A stretch of DNA of 64,000 nucleotides from Octopus vulgaris (Eukaryota), in the NCBI GenBank assembly GCA_951406725.2, contig OX597837.1:14570001-14634000 (forward strand). The letters are read 5' to 3'. The position numbers and the translations under genes were made by a program. The notes below the pieces were generated by a model. That model did no database searches and was not told where the DNA came from. It saw only the letters and a list, made by a program, of their open reading frames with translations. Of the stretch, positions 41,876-55,234 are shown piece by piece; position 1 is the stretch's first letter, and every line of letters starts with the position of its first letter.

Positions 41876-42095
41876 AAGGCGGAGAGCTGGTAGAATCGTT
41901 AGCACGGCGGGCGAAATGCTTAGCAGTATTTCGTCTGCCGTTACGTTCTGAGTTCAAATTCCGCCGAGGTCGACTTTGCCTTTCATCCTTTCGAGGTCGA
42001 TTAAATAAGTACCAGTTACGCACTGAGGCCGATATAATCGACTTAATCCGTTTGTCCCCTCTGTGTTTAGCCCCTTGTGGGTAGTAAAGAAATAG
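41876..42095 (+). mobile_element. Full-length SINE family D
   Basis: TSD tagagaaacaaggcg at 41867 and 42098. Confidence 0.95.
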
Positions 42096-42875
42096 TATAG
42101 AGAAACAAGGCGCTTATTAAGGATATATAAGCAGTTATTTAGTTCTGTTCAATGCTTGTACAGTACATCTGCCTACTCTTGGTTCGAGTAGCATATTAGT
42201 TAAGAAGAGTTTACTCGATCCTTACTCAATCCTTTCTAAATTTCAAGAAATAAGGACGCCATAGGTGGTTCTATACAAACCCTACAGCCGAACATGGTCA
42301 ATTCCGATATATATATATACATAGCTGAAGGATTAAAATTAATCAAAGGGCATACTAAGTATGTCTACCTGCTGGAAATACCAGTCAAAACTCTTATTTA
42401 AATCGCCAAAATATACTGATAATAACTACAGAAATCAACCGTCCGAAGGCAAACGGGCTAAGACAATCTCCCAACGTACATTTAAGTATTTGGACTCACG
42501 TGGACCAGTTTCTGCACTGGCCAAAATAGCCTTAGCTTCCTCAGCACGCGTCACCATGTTAGAGACTCCCAACCCGTCGTGCTGAAGTCTGCGCTGCAAC
42601 TGATTCGTTTTGCGCCGAAATCATGGAAGCCACCAGTGTGAAAATAATTTCAATACGGAGCAAATAATTCACGAGAAAATAATTTGCGAAGATATCGTTA
42701 GCTTTGTTATTATCTAGTGTAACAATTTAAAAATGGTAATAACAGAATCAATGATAAAGGTGATTGCAAGGCCCCCAAAATGTATTAAATACCTGAAGGA
42801 TTAAAATTAATCAAAAGACATACTAGGTATGTCTACCTGCTGGAAATTATTTTTTCGTAAATTATTTGCTATATA

Positions 42876-43257
42876 GGAAGCACTCCGTCGGTTACGACGA
42901 CGAGGGTTCCGGTTGATCCGAATCAACGGAACAGCCTGCTCGTGAAATTAGCGTGTAAGTGGCTGAGCACTCCACAGACACGTGTACCCTTAACGTAGTT
43001 CTCGGGGATATTCAGCGTGACACAGAGAGTGACAAGGCTGGCCCTTTGAAATACAGGTACAACAGAAACAGGAAGTAAGAGTGAGAGAAAGTTGTGGTGA
43101 AAGAGTACAGCAGGGATCACCACCATCCCCTGCCGGAGCCTCGTGGAGCTTCAGGTGTTTTCGCTCAATAAACACTCACAACGCCCGGTCTGGGAATCGA
43201 AACCGCAATCCTATGACCGCGAGTCCGCTGCCCTAACCACTGGGCCATTGTACCTCC
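42876..43257 (-). mobile_element. Full-length SINE family A
   Basis: Reverse complement of 37125-37509; flanked by tatttgctatat on both sides. Confidence 0.95.
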
Positions 43258-43258
43258 A

Positions 43259-43556
43259 ATATTTGCTATATGGGGAACTTGTGAATAGAAAGAGACCCCG
43301 GCAGAAACCAAGGCTGCGATTTAAGGACCGTGTCAAGTCTCATTAAAGGCCTGTGATATGCAGGAGACTGACTGGGAGAGCAAGGCCTGTCATTGCCACA
43401 GATGGAGGATGCAGATTAAGGAGGGGATCGACACTTTTGAGAGAGCATGTATTCAGCATGAAGAACTTAAGGGTGCTGCTCGAAAGCGCACGGCTGGTGT
43501 AGGGAATGGGGAAAGCTTGGTCTGCAATGTTTGCAGCCATGTATGCTTGTCAAGAT
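43259..43556 (+). mobile_element. RTE-clade LINE ORF C-terminal remnant
   Basis: LLYGELVNRKRPRQKPRLRFKDRVK..(frameshift)..DWESKA...WRMQIKEG...CNVC; LLYGEL..G.R....P..RFKD is characteristic of RTE elements. Confidence 0.85.
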
Positions 43557-43687
43557 GGCGATGTTGACGATGACGGCGACGTCAATGACGATGATGATGA
43601 TGATGATGTGCCATGATTTTACCATTCTTGAAAACTTCGGCAATAACTTAACCTTAAAAAATTTTTTTTTTTAATATTGATACAACA

Positions 43688-43820
43688 ATGTCGAGGTCGA
43701 CTTAGCGCTTCGTCCTTTTGGGATCGATAAAATAAATACCACTCGTACACTAGGGTCAATGTAATCGACTTACGCCCTTCTCTAGAATTTCTGGCTTCGT
43801 ACTAAAATTTGAAACCAATA
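43688..43820 (+). mobile_element. SINE family D 3' fragment
   Basis: gtcgaggtcgactt...gatcgataaaataaatacc...gtaatcgactt. Confidence 0.75.
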
Positions 43821-43995
43821 TTCAGACCCAGGTCTATTATGATCAAATGCGTTCCAACCACGACCAACGCGTACAATGTATTACGTATTCGAGAAGATTA
43901 CATAATCCAAATACCCTACGTTTTTTTTTCCAAAGGAGATGTGATTTGAAGAAAATTTGCTTGCTATTTCTAGCATGCTGAACGACCACCTGGGT

Positions 43996-44054
<59 letters not shown>

Positions 44055-44230
44055 AGTATGTGGTTTGTGGGGTCAACCGCGTCCTCCGCTTCATTTTTTG
44101 TTATTCACTCATTCTCATTTAATTGTATATATTTTAATTGTTTCTTTATTCATACGTTTCGTCTCATTCGATACCCTGACCCCAACGTTTGTTTTGTCCC
44201 CTCTTTTTCTCAACCTTATGGTGAATAAAG

Positions 44231-44283
<53 letters not shown>

Positions 44284-45000
44284 GATTCGTTTTATCAGCT
44301 GTATCAGCTGTATGGCTGCGTGTAAAACCGAATTTAAAAAGGAAAGGGTACACGTGTGAAGCGTTTCAAGTTTTCATTAGTTTATTAACGACATTATCAT
44401 CGTCGTCGCCTGAGATAATAATAATAATAATAATACCCAGACAAGAGCCGTCCAGGTTATGACTAATCTAGTAGCCTCACCAGCTGATGTAAGTACTATG
44501 TATCATTGACTGGTTTTAATCAGCACCAGACGGATGATGACTAACAAGCAATAATAATAATAAAGCGTACCGTGTACCGCTGATAGGATTGTCCAACAGG
44601 TCCCGGCTAGGAAAAGCACGATGACTAAGCCGGCTTCGACAAGGGAGGTAACGATTGTTTACCTTAGCGAATTCAGAAGAGCAGATTGGTTCTTCTGTCA
44701 GACGCCTGCGATGACTAAGATTTCTGAACTGTCAGAAAATATTGTTCTGTTTCTGATGACACTTTAATCATCATCATCATCATCATCATTCTTGTTGTTG
44801 CTGCTACTGCTACTGCTACTGCTGCTGCGGCTGCTGCTGCTATTCAACAGTAACTTTGCTCGGGGAGTGTAACAAAATATTAGAGGTCCCGTGCACTAAA
44901 GTAACACCCTCCATTCAGATTTCCAGAACTCTACGAACGATTCTTGCTCTTCCAAACATCACTGTTTCCTGCAGATACCCTATCTTCACATTTAAATAAT

Positions 45001-45254
45001 AAATAAATGCGCCCTTTCAAAGCCTAGCCAGGCTCATGGGCCCGGTTTCCCGGTTTCAATGGCGTATGTGTTCCCCAATTGGACGGGACGCCAGTCCATC
45101 GCAGCGTTACTCATTTTTACCTGCTGAGTGGACTGGAGTAACGTGAAATGAAGTGTTTTGCTCAAGAACACAACATGTCGCCCGGTCCAGGAATCGAAAC
45201 CACAATCTTACGATCATGATGCTGACACCCTAACCACTAAGCCACGCACCTCCA
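45001..45254 (-). mobile_element. Full-length tRNA-derived SINE family B
   Basis: Minus: ggaggtgcgtggcttagtggttaggg...ggtttcgattcc...ttgagcaaaacacttcatt...tail gcatttattt. Confidence 0.9.
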
Positions 45255-45685
45255 CATATCTCCATATTTACCCCTATGTTTTTGAGGTCTTTTTTTTTTT
45301 TCAATCCAGCCAGGTTCAGAATATAAACAACATGCAAAACATAGATCTTTATAAAAGTAAAACTAAGACACCACACTTAACTTCGAAGAAGTTATTCTCA
45401 AGATGTTGGCGTTTTTCAACACCAAATCTCTCCAAAGATGTTCACTGATGCATTCAATAGCACTTGCATATGACTGAAGAAACGGCCATCAATCAACGTA
45501 ATCATTAATCTTCCACGCTATATTTTCTTTATCTTCTTATATATATATGCGCGCGCACATATGTCTGCATCTTCCGTCTATTGTATAAGGTCTTTCACTC
45601 AACCCCTTCCGGTTTATAGAGGTGTTTCTCACATTCCGCAATTTCTTCGGTCTTTGAAACTCCCAGTGAGAGTTTCGTATTATTG

Positions 45686-45742
45686 CTTCGATCCCATTGG
45701 TGAAGAAATCTTCATCCTGTTGGTCCCAAAGGTCAACAGCAT
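45686..45742 (-). mobile_element. Mariner transposase C-terminal scrap
   Basis: AVDLWDQQDEDFFTNGIEA resembles the mariner F...GI terminus; very short. Confidence 0.45.
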
Positions 45743-45774
45743 ATGTGTGTGTGCGTCCGAGCATGCGATTGTGT

Positions 45775-45829
<55 letters not shown>

Positions 45830-46085
45830 TGTGTGTGTGTGTGTGTACTTTTAAATCTGGCAATGACGATTTTATTAGTTATATCGTTAGTCCTATGTTA
45901 CTTTGTTGACTTCCGCAAAGCGCTCCGGAACTACAGGCAGACGTGAGCGGCAACTTTGGAATGTTATTACACGAAACTAAAGACAAGAGATTTAAGAAAA
46001 AAATTTGGGAAATTCTTTGGGAAAACAGGTAAACCATAAGTTGCTCTCCAAGTATACACCAATATACACACATATTATATATGTG

Positions 46086-46132
<47 letters not shown>

Positions 46133-46342
46133 AGTACATATATGTATGCATGTAAGCACACGTGTCAGTGTACACACATACACCACCTCAGCCTCCTATT
46201 GCCTCCTTTCACTACCACTCATTGCGATAGAGACGAGTTCCACCATCACCACCACCAACGCCATCACCACTACTACTACTACTATTACTACTACTACGAT
46301 TATAACTACTACTACTACTTGTCTTCTTTATTAGAATGGATG

Positions 46343-46441
46343 TGACGTCAGTGCGGTCAGTGTTGAATTGCAGGCCTGAATGCTAACTAGACTCTATGGG
46401 AGGTGGAGGAGGAAGAGGAGGCGGAGGAGGTGGAGGAGGAG

Positions 46442-46473
<32 letters not shown>

Positions 46474-46753
46474 CGATGACGGCGACAAGGAAGAGGAAGA
46501 GGGGGAGTTGAAGAAGAAGAAGAAGAAGAAGAAGAAGAAGAAAGAGAAGAAGAAGAAGAAGAAGAAGAAGAAGAAGAAGAAGAAGAAGAAGAAGAAGAAG
46601 AAGAAAGAGAAGAAGAAAAAGGAGAAGACGAAGAAGGGAAAGAGGAGCAGGAAGAGGAGGATGGGGAAAGGGAGTGGGAGAGTCCAGGTCTCAGGTTGCC
46701 ATACTTATAACACATTCTCCGCCTCAGTCTAATGGAACGGACTTCTGACGTCA
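46343..46753. promoter_or_regulatory. Two CREs flanking a purine-rich (GAA)n tract
   Basis: TGACGTCA at 46343 and 46746; X-box half-site GTTGCCAT at ~46695. Confidence 0.4.
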
Positions 46754-46838
46754 GCAACGTAAATTTTTCCATTCCGAATCACAGACGTTCCAATAGCATT
46801 TACATATGCTCCCGTACGAGTGTTTGTGTGTGCGTGAC

Positions 46839-46879
<41 letters not shown>

Positions 46880-47067
46880 GAGAAAAAGAGGGAGAGAGAA
46901 AGAAAGAGTGAAGGCGGTCGAGTATCTAGCTCTTTGGTACGTGTGCGCGTATGTACATACATATATGTGTGTGTGTATGTAAATATATGTATGTATATGA
47001 CTTGAGAGAAGGGGAGAGAGAGTGATATAGATCTATATTTTTATATATACATACAAACATACATACA

Positions 47068-47117
<50 letters not shown>

Positions 47118-47119
47118 CA

Positions 47120-47255
47120 CTTTATTTAAAGCAGCAGAAAATTCAACAAAACCTGTTACTCTGAGCTTCACAATCCCGCTCGTCGGACAGTTTTTGCTAG
47201 AACGTGAAACTCAGAGTAACAGGTTTTGTTGAATTTTCTGCTGCTTTAAATAAAG
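47120..47255. repeat. Near-perfect 52-bp fold-back carrying a hammerhead-like motif (47148-47194, -)
   Basis: Arms 47120-47171 / 47204-47255 with one mismatch; minus strand aaaactgt-CCGACGA-gc..gt-GAAGC-TCAGA-GTA-acaggtttt; the other arm reads GAAAC. Confidence 0.85.
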
Positions 47256-47328
47256 CATATTACTCTACCACTGGTATTTGAGTACTCTTTTTTTTTCCAC
47301 CTTGTTTCACATTTATGTGTTTACTCCG

Positions 47329-47374
<46 letters not shown>

Positions 47375-47605
47375 GGATGACTAGAGATGGCTATTTTGAA
47401 GTGACAATTTATATTTTAATCTTAAACATTAAGATTAAAATAAAAATTATTCCCTCAAAAAAAGCCATCTCTATTCATTCTTTCAAATATATATATAATA
47501 CTGTACCAAGAACTTCCTCTTTATTATTTTATTATACACACACACAGACACACACACATATATATATATACATACATACATGCATGCATACATCTATATA
47601 TATAT

Positions 47606-47682
<77 letters not shown>

Positions 47683-47702
47683 CTATAAATATAATATGTG
47701 AC

Positions 47703-47839
47703 AATTAGTTGGTTGTCAAAACTCAGAGTTTCGGATGCCGGGGCTGAAGTCGACTTACACACAGAACTGACGAGATGCCGGAGCAGACTTCAGCCCCGGC
47801 ATCCGAAACTCTGAGTTTTATTATGACAACCAACTAATT
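47703..47839 (+). ncRNA. Hammerhead motif (47765-47819) inside a fold-back
   Basis: CTGACGA-gatgccgg..ccggcatcc-GAAAC-TCTGA-GTT; arms 47703-47751 / 47786-47839; same design as 31813; helix I only 2 bp. Confidence 0.75.
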
Positions 47840-47902
47840 CTCTCGTATATATATATTTATAGATAAATTCCTCTATTTACATAATTCATTCTTTTGTTGT
47901 CA

Positions 47903-48018
<116 letters not shown>

Positions 48019-48408
48019 TGTATATATACGCATATATATATATTCATACTTATATATATATGCATACACACACACACACACAAACATATACACATATGTA
48101 TGGATGCATGCTTGTATGTATGTATGTATGTATGTATGAATGTATGAATGGATGGATATATATGCGTGAATGTATGTATAGATGTATGCATGTTTGTATG
48201 CACCTAACACACACATATATGAGAGGCAAATTGTGATAAATATTCCATCCATTCGTTGTACACAATTTAGATCCAACCTTCTTTTGTTGAATTCACACTG
48301 ATGTAAAGGCATAACTACGACAACCTGTTGAGGCGTTGTGCACTCTCAATAATTAAATGTCTCGCTCAGATGAACTGATATTGTACCGGGTATTTCAGCA
48401 TCTACCTA

Positions 48409-48493
<85 letters not shown>

Positions 48494-48661
48494 TATATAT
48501 ATATATCTCACGTGATCACGTGACCGACCAGACTATCAGATGTTGTTACACATCGCTGATCTCAATACGTTTAGCATCGTTTTAACTTTCGAATGACTCC
48601 ACCCTGCTGGTTTGGTGAGCAGGTGGGACTATTTCCCTACCCCCACTCCCCATCGAAAGAG

Positions 48662-48880
48662 TTTTACATATTTTGAGAGTTCCGTTGATAACTTGTGTCT
48701 GTAGTGTTATAATTAGGTTTCTCCTCTTTGAAAACCCTAATTTTCCAATTGAGGTAGTTCGTTACATATCCTAGTACCCCAGTAACCACAAATATGACTT
48801 CGAACTTGTAATCCGGGTGGAGTAGCTGTAAATTTCTCAATACGTATGCATCCATGTATATTTTCTTTTTTCTGTATGAA
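48662..48880 (-). mobile_element. R4/Dong-like LINE endonuclease remnant
   Basis: LRNLQLLHPDYKFEVIFVVTGVLGYVTNYLN is homologous to 24574-24770. Confidence 0.75.
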
Positions 48881-48914
48881 AAATAAGCTTGTTTTCCGGA
48901 TTTTTTTTTTTTAA

Positions 48915-49260
48915 ACTACCCGCTTCTTCCTTTACTTCTTTCCTCCATGTGTGGCGAAGACAAGCATTGCTTTCCCAATTGATCCCTTATATCTCATGTG
49001 CATTCAACGGGATCTTTACAGAATCATTAATTCGTAGCCTTGGTTTCTTCTGAGGGCACTTTCCACAAACAAGTTCCTCCATATATCACCGGCTTTTGTG
49101 CATTTTTCTGACAGAATTTTAATGAGTTGCTCGAAAACGCATCGCCAGGGTAGTGAATGGCGGGAAACTTGATCTGCAATATCTGCTTAGCGTGTGTGCT
49201 TATCAAGAATTCTGATCCAGAATGCTTGCAACGCCTTGGTCTATGGCCAACATGTTATAA
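48915..49260 (-). mobile_element. RTE-clade LINE remnant
   Basis: Minus: ELVCGKCPQKKPRLRINDSVK...WESNA...WRKEVKE, homologous to 43259-43556. Confidence 0.75.
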
Positions 49261-49597
49261 CTGTGACTGCCCAATCATTTTCACACACGACTAATCCAAT
49301 GTGCTCTCACATTTTTATTTAAAAACTGTAGCATGTACTTTGATGGGGACTTGGTTATTATTTCTAGTAGAGCGAACTGCCACTTAGCGGTCTTTGTTTG
49401 GTTGCGATGGATTCTATTTACCATAAATACGACATTATGCTACAATTTCTCTGATATCGGTAAGGAACTATCACCCCAATATCGTTGACGATCGTTGGCG
49501 ATCTAGAGACAAGCTTTTTGACCGATTGCTACATTCTCTTACCATTTCGCTCACCTTAATAGAGACAACCCAACCCACTTCAATCGATAATTCTATA

Positions 49598-49920
49598 CAT
49601 TTCTTTATTGTCCACAAGGGGCTACACACAGAGGGGACAAACAAGGATAGACAAATTACATCGACCCAGTGCGAAACTGGTAGTTTATTTATCGACCCCA
49701 AAAGGATGAAAGGCAAAGTGTTCCTCGGCGGAATTTGAACTCAGAACGTAATGACAGACGAAATACTTATTTCTTTACTACCCACAAGGGGCTAAACACA
49801 GAGGGGACAAACAAGGACAGACAAAGGGATCAAGTCGATTACATCGACCCCAGTGTGAAACTGGTAGTTTATTTATCGACCCCGAAAGGATGAAAGGCAA
49901 CCTCGACCTCGGCGGAATTT
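49598..49920 (-). mobile_element. Two tandem head-truncated SINE family D copies
   Basis: tttcttta..cccacaaggggct..acacagaggggacaaacaagg twice (49598, 49768). Confidence 0.9.
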
Positions 49921-50277
49921 CAATTGATAATCCTATAGACGGCTTTTGTGTTCAATACTTGCATGTTACCATCTATTTTATCGAGATACAGACCTCCACA
50001 CTTCTTTGACAATCTACAGCAGCCATCAGCAAACGGCGACCCACGACACTTTCTAAATGGCACACTTAACGAAAAATCATTATCTTGGATATTTTTAGTA
50101 TGCGGCTCGCCTGGGGATGAGACATGGCTCATGTTACCTGCTGTCGCCCAGGCCTGATCCACGTAGAGACCGCCAGCCATATTTGACAATCCATAGTCAG
50201 GATTATAGTTAAATTCTACGGCATGTTACGATTTCTCTTAACTTGACAGAGAGACTTGCTTCATTGACAATCTATAA

Positions 50278-50519
50278 GACTGGTCCTCAACCGGGGTCCG
50301 AATGGCCCTTGGCAGTCCATGCATGATTTTGTTAAAAGTTTATTTGCAATAAATTGCTTCTACTTCATCGATGCACAAAATATTTTAACAATTTTTTAAT
50401 GCAATTCTTAACAATATTTTATTAAACAAATACAACAGGATGTTTTTTATACATTGAACGGCTACGGGGATCCACAAGAGCAAAATGGGAATCAGACAAA
50501 AATTGGTTGACAGCCACTG
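50278..50519 (-). mobile_element. hAT (Charlie-like) MITE
   Basis: TIRs gactggtcctcaacc / ggttgacagccactg; flanks atctataa / atctgtag (6/8). Confidence 0.75.
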
Positions 50520-50623
50520 ATCTGTAGACAGGTTTTTGCATTGAATACTATTTTGTGTTGATTATTTACATTATTAACATTATTTACATTTGACGGATAT
50601 TTGTCCTCATCTTGTTTGTTGTT

Positions 50624-50669
50624 AACACAACGTTTCGGCTGATATACCCTCCAGCCTTCATCAGGTGTC
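50624..50669 (-). ncRNA. Minimal type I hammerhead ribozyme motif, apparently intact
   Basis: Minus: gacac-CTGATGA-A-ggctgg-agggtata-tcagcc-GAAAC-GTT-gtgtt; helix I 5 bp, helix II 6 bp, helix III reduced to the palindrome AACGTT. Confidence 0.85.
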
Positions 50670-50717
50670 TTGGGGATATTTCGAACCTGGGTTTCACATT
50701 CCTAAGGTAATTTTCGA

Positions 50718-50725
50718 TATTGTTG

Positions 50726-50759
<34 letters not shown>

Positions 50760-50798
50760 CATTATTATTATTATTATTATAATTATTTAATCGGGTCA

Positions 50799-50891
<93 letters not shown>

Positions 50892-50896
50892 TAATA

Positions 50897-50943
<47 letters not shown>

Positions 50944-51190
50944 AATAATAATAATAATAATCTTTTTTGCTATAGACGCAAGGCCTGAAATTTGTGGGGA
51001 GGGGAATAGTAGATTACATCGGCCCTAGTATTCTGCTAGGACTTATTTTATCGATTCGAAAGGGTGAAAAGTAAAGCCAACCCCGGCGAAATTTGAACTC
51101 GTAACGTAAAGACGGACAAAATGCCGCTAAGCATTTTGCCCGGCGTGCTAACGATTGTGCCAAGACGGCGTCTTAATAATAACAATAACG

Positions 51191-51248
<58 letters not shown>

Positions 51249-51252
51249 TAAT

Positions 51253-51287
<35 letters not shown>

Positions 51288-51318
51288 CAACAACAACAAC
51301 AACAACAACAAAAACAAC

Positions 51319-51367
<49 letters not shown>

Positions 51368-51614
51368 GCAACAACAAGAACAATAATAATAATAATAATA
51401 ATAATTTCAAATTTTGGCACAAGGCCAGTAATTTCGGGGAAAGAAGTAAGTCAATTACCTCGACCCCAGTACTCAACTGGTACTTAATTTATCGACCCCG
51501 AAAGAATGGAAGGCAAAGTCGACCTCAATGGAATTTGAAATCAGCACGCAGGGACAGACGAAACACCACTAAGCATTTTGCCCGGTGTGTTAAAGATTCT
51601 ACTGCCCCGGCGCC

Positions 51615-51657
<43 letters not shown>

Positions 51658-51716
51658 TAATAATAATAATAATAATAGTAATAGTAATAATAGTAATAGT
51701 AATAGTAATAATAATA

Positions 51717-51773
<57 letters not shown>

Positions 51774-51803
51774 GTAATGATAATAATAATAGTAATAATA
51801 ATG

Positions 51804-51845
<42 letters not shown>

Positions 51846-51863
51846 GTAATAATAATAATAATA

Positions 51864-51899
<36 letters not shown>

Positions 51900-51920
51900 G
51901 TAATAATAATAATAATAATA

Positions 51921-51958
<38 letters not shown>

Positions 51959-51968
51959 TATAATTATA

Positions 51969-51999
<31 letters not shown>

Positions 52000-52049
52000 T
52001 GATAATAGTAATAATAATAATAATAATAGTAATAATAATAACAGCAACA

Positions 52050-52124
<75 letters not shown>

Positions 52125-52143
52125 GTAATAAATAATAATAGTA

Positions 52144-52215
<72 letters not shown>
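50718..52215. repeat. Large (AAT)n field interrupted by two SINE family D copies (50962-51174 -, 51403-51618 -)
   Basis: Direct reading; polarity flips from (ATT)n to (AAT)n around 50790-50803. Confidence 0.95.
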
Positions 52216-52447
52216 TGTCTTTATAATAAAATCTCGTGAAAACACTAATAAAATATTTTGTAAATAATTCTATTTAAAAAAAAAAGCGACCAAAAACTGT
52301 TTGGCACAGAATCGTTTTGGTTTCAGCTACAATGGCTGTGCGGTAGAAAAATCGATGTAAAAATAGATTTTAAATAGAGGTGTCTGTTATATATAGATTC
52401 CCGAGTAAGAGAAGGGGGTGGTCGGTGGGATTTCTTGGCGCACACCG

Positions 52448-52472
52448 GTTGCCATGGATACAAACCACGTCA
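52448..52472. promoter_or_regulatory. RFX X-box + CRE-like site
   Basis: GTTGCCATGGATAC 52448-52461; CCACGTCA 52465-52472. Confidence 0.5.
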
Positions 52473-53175
52473 CAGATTGCCAAAATATGTAATAGGTTGG
52501 TTTATTATAGAGATTTCGCAGTAAACAAAAACAATATTCTCGTTTTCCCCGTTGATATAGTTTTTGGTTTTCAAACAGAAATAAATATAACTCACAATGG
52601 AATTTGTAGAAAGACCAATAAACAAAGCCTTGATGTAGGGGTAGATTGGGGGTGCGATATAAGGGTATGTGTATGTGTGTGTGTGTGTGCTTAAGTGTGT
52701 TTGTGTATGTATAAGTGTGTGTTTGTGTATGTATAAGTATGTGTTTGTGAGTGTGTATGTATGTATAACTGTGTTTGTGTATGCATATGTGTATGCGCGT
52801 TTATATGTATGTGTGTGTGTGTTTGCGTGTGTAAGTATGTGCGTGTGTATTTGTGTATATAAACGTGTGGGGGTTTATATGTATATACGTGTCTGTGTGT
52901 TTATGTGTATGTAAGTATAAGTGCGTGTGTGTGTGTGTGTGTTTATATGTGTGTATAAGTGTATGTGTGTGTTTATATATGTATAAGTGTGTGTGTTTGT
53001 GTATGTATGTATATGCGTTTATATACGTGTGTGTGTGTGTGTGTGTGCGTGTGTGTGTGTGTTTGGTATTATTCTTAGACTCTCTCTCGAAATTCAAATG
53101 GTTTTAAAAATAGACATAAAAACCTAGAATCATTGCTAAATGGAGTTTCAGGTAAATTGCTAGTCCTCGGCATTC

Positions 53176-53252
53176 TGACGTCACTTCCGCACGGCCGAAC
53201 TGACGCAGTCGGTCGATGGCTAATGTTAACCGCTAAACGTACTCTGACGTCA
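53176..53252. promoter_or_regulatory. Overlapping ETS-CRE composite + half CRE + second CRE
   Basis: TGACGTCACTTCCG 53176-53189; TGACGCA 53201; TGACGTCA 53245. Confidence 0.6.
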
Positions 53253-53871
53253 AACAGCCTCAATACACATTCGGGGTAATTCCATACATTACAACAACAA
53301 CAACAACAGCAACAACAACAACAGCAACAACAACAACTTGGCTGAGGGGGAGAATGGGGGAGGAGGAGGTGGAGGAGGAGAAGGTGGAAAGGGTCGGGGT
53401 GGGAGTTAGAAAACAATGAAATTAAAACTAAATTAGATTTCTATTCAGCCTCGCAGCTAAATATATTTTTATGTTATTATCACGGAATTATTTCTAAGCG
53501 TTTTATTTATTTCATCATCAACTGCAGCAGCAGCAGCAGCATTAACTTCGGCGTCGTCATCATCATCATCACCATCATCATCATCGCCATTATCATCGTC
53601 GTCGTCGTCGCCGTAGTCGCCATCGTTTCATCGTTGTCATACATATGGCGGGGGAGGGGTGCTGAAAAACTCTTGGCTTTTAAGGGTGTTACGAAAGGAC
53701 TGGTTGGAGGGCCCGACCATCCGAGTTCCTTTTTGCAGGGCTTAGAAAAACTGAAGGACCACTGCAATAAGTGTGTGAATCTGAGAGGGGCACATGTTGT
53801 CATAAATAACTGATCTTCCATTATTTTCTTTTACCCGAAGCCAGCAACTTTTCAACACCCCCTTGTACTTT

Positions 53872-54065
<194 letters not shown>

Positions 54066-54304
54066 TATATATACACTCACTCACACACACACACACATAT
54101 ACATTTATATATGCACGCACATACGTATACTCAGACAGAAAGAAAGAAAGAAAGAAAGAAAGAACCAAACAAAGTTGCATGCGTGAGAAATTACCTTTCC
54201 AATCACGTGTTTCCGGTTTCGAGCTGACCATTGCTTTATGAAGGAGAAGTGGTAGTTGGGAATTTTGACAAACTTTGTCAATGTTATGCATGTATGTATG
54301 TAGG

Positions 54305-54421
<117 letters not shown>

Positions 54422-54659
54422 TGTTTTTCAATATTCTTGTGAACTCGTGCACTGAATCTGATTTCGTTGTATCTGGGAGGGTCATCATGTGAATAATAAA
54501 CAGACTGCGCTGGTTCTGTCTCACTTCAAAAAAGTATTACTACAACTCTGGCGAGGAGAGGCCATGTCCATCGATGATGTGGCGAATGGCAATGAAAAGG
54601 GGATCTCATTAACCGAACAATCAATCAAACAATCAATAAGTTAATCGGTTCAATTCTTT

Positions 54660-55020
54660 ATTTTTTATATTTTACTTTGTTTCCAACATTCCCCTGCGGC
54701 CATGCTGGGGCACCGCCTTGAAGATTTAGCCCCCAAAAATTAATCTCACTACTTTTTTTTTTAACTCTTGTACTTATTTTATCGGTCTTTTATTTCCGAA
54801 CCGTTAAGTTATGGGATCGTTAACAAACCAGAACAAATTGTGGAGCGGTAGAGAGAGGACAAACACAAACAAACACACACACACAAACGGCGGGCTTCTA
54901 TCCAGTTTCCGTTCACCAAATTTATTCACAAGGCATTATGCAAACTACTTGACAGTAGGATTGAACCTGAAACACATGATTTCAAAGCGACCTTCTTAAC
55001 CACACAGCCATGCCTATGCC
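54660..55020 (-). mobile_element. SINE family C
   Basis: tgcggccatgctggggcaccgcc...cgggcttct...ttcttaaccacacagccatgcct. Confidence 0.85.
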
Positions 55021-55201
55021 AATACACATGCAATCCTACGCTTATACACAACCATGTCTGAGCTCGGTTAACTAGTCGAGACACTTAATAATACAAGAAG
55101 TAAAATAGAACCAGTGCGGGTGTTTGTTATTGGAATAATAACCTATCCGAGTTACAATACATTCATACATACATACATACATACATACATACATACATAC
55201 A

Positions 55202-55234
<33 letters not shown>

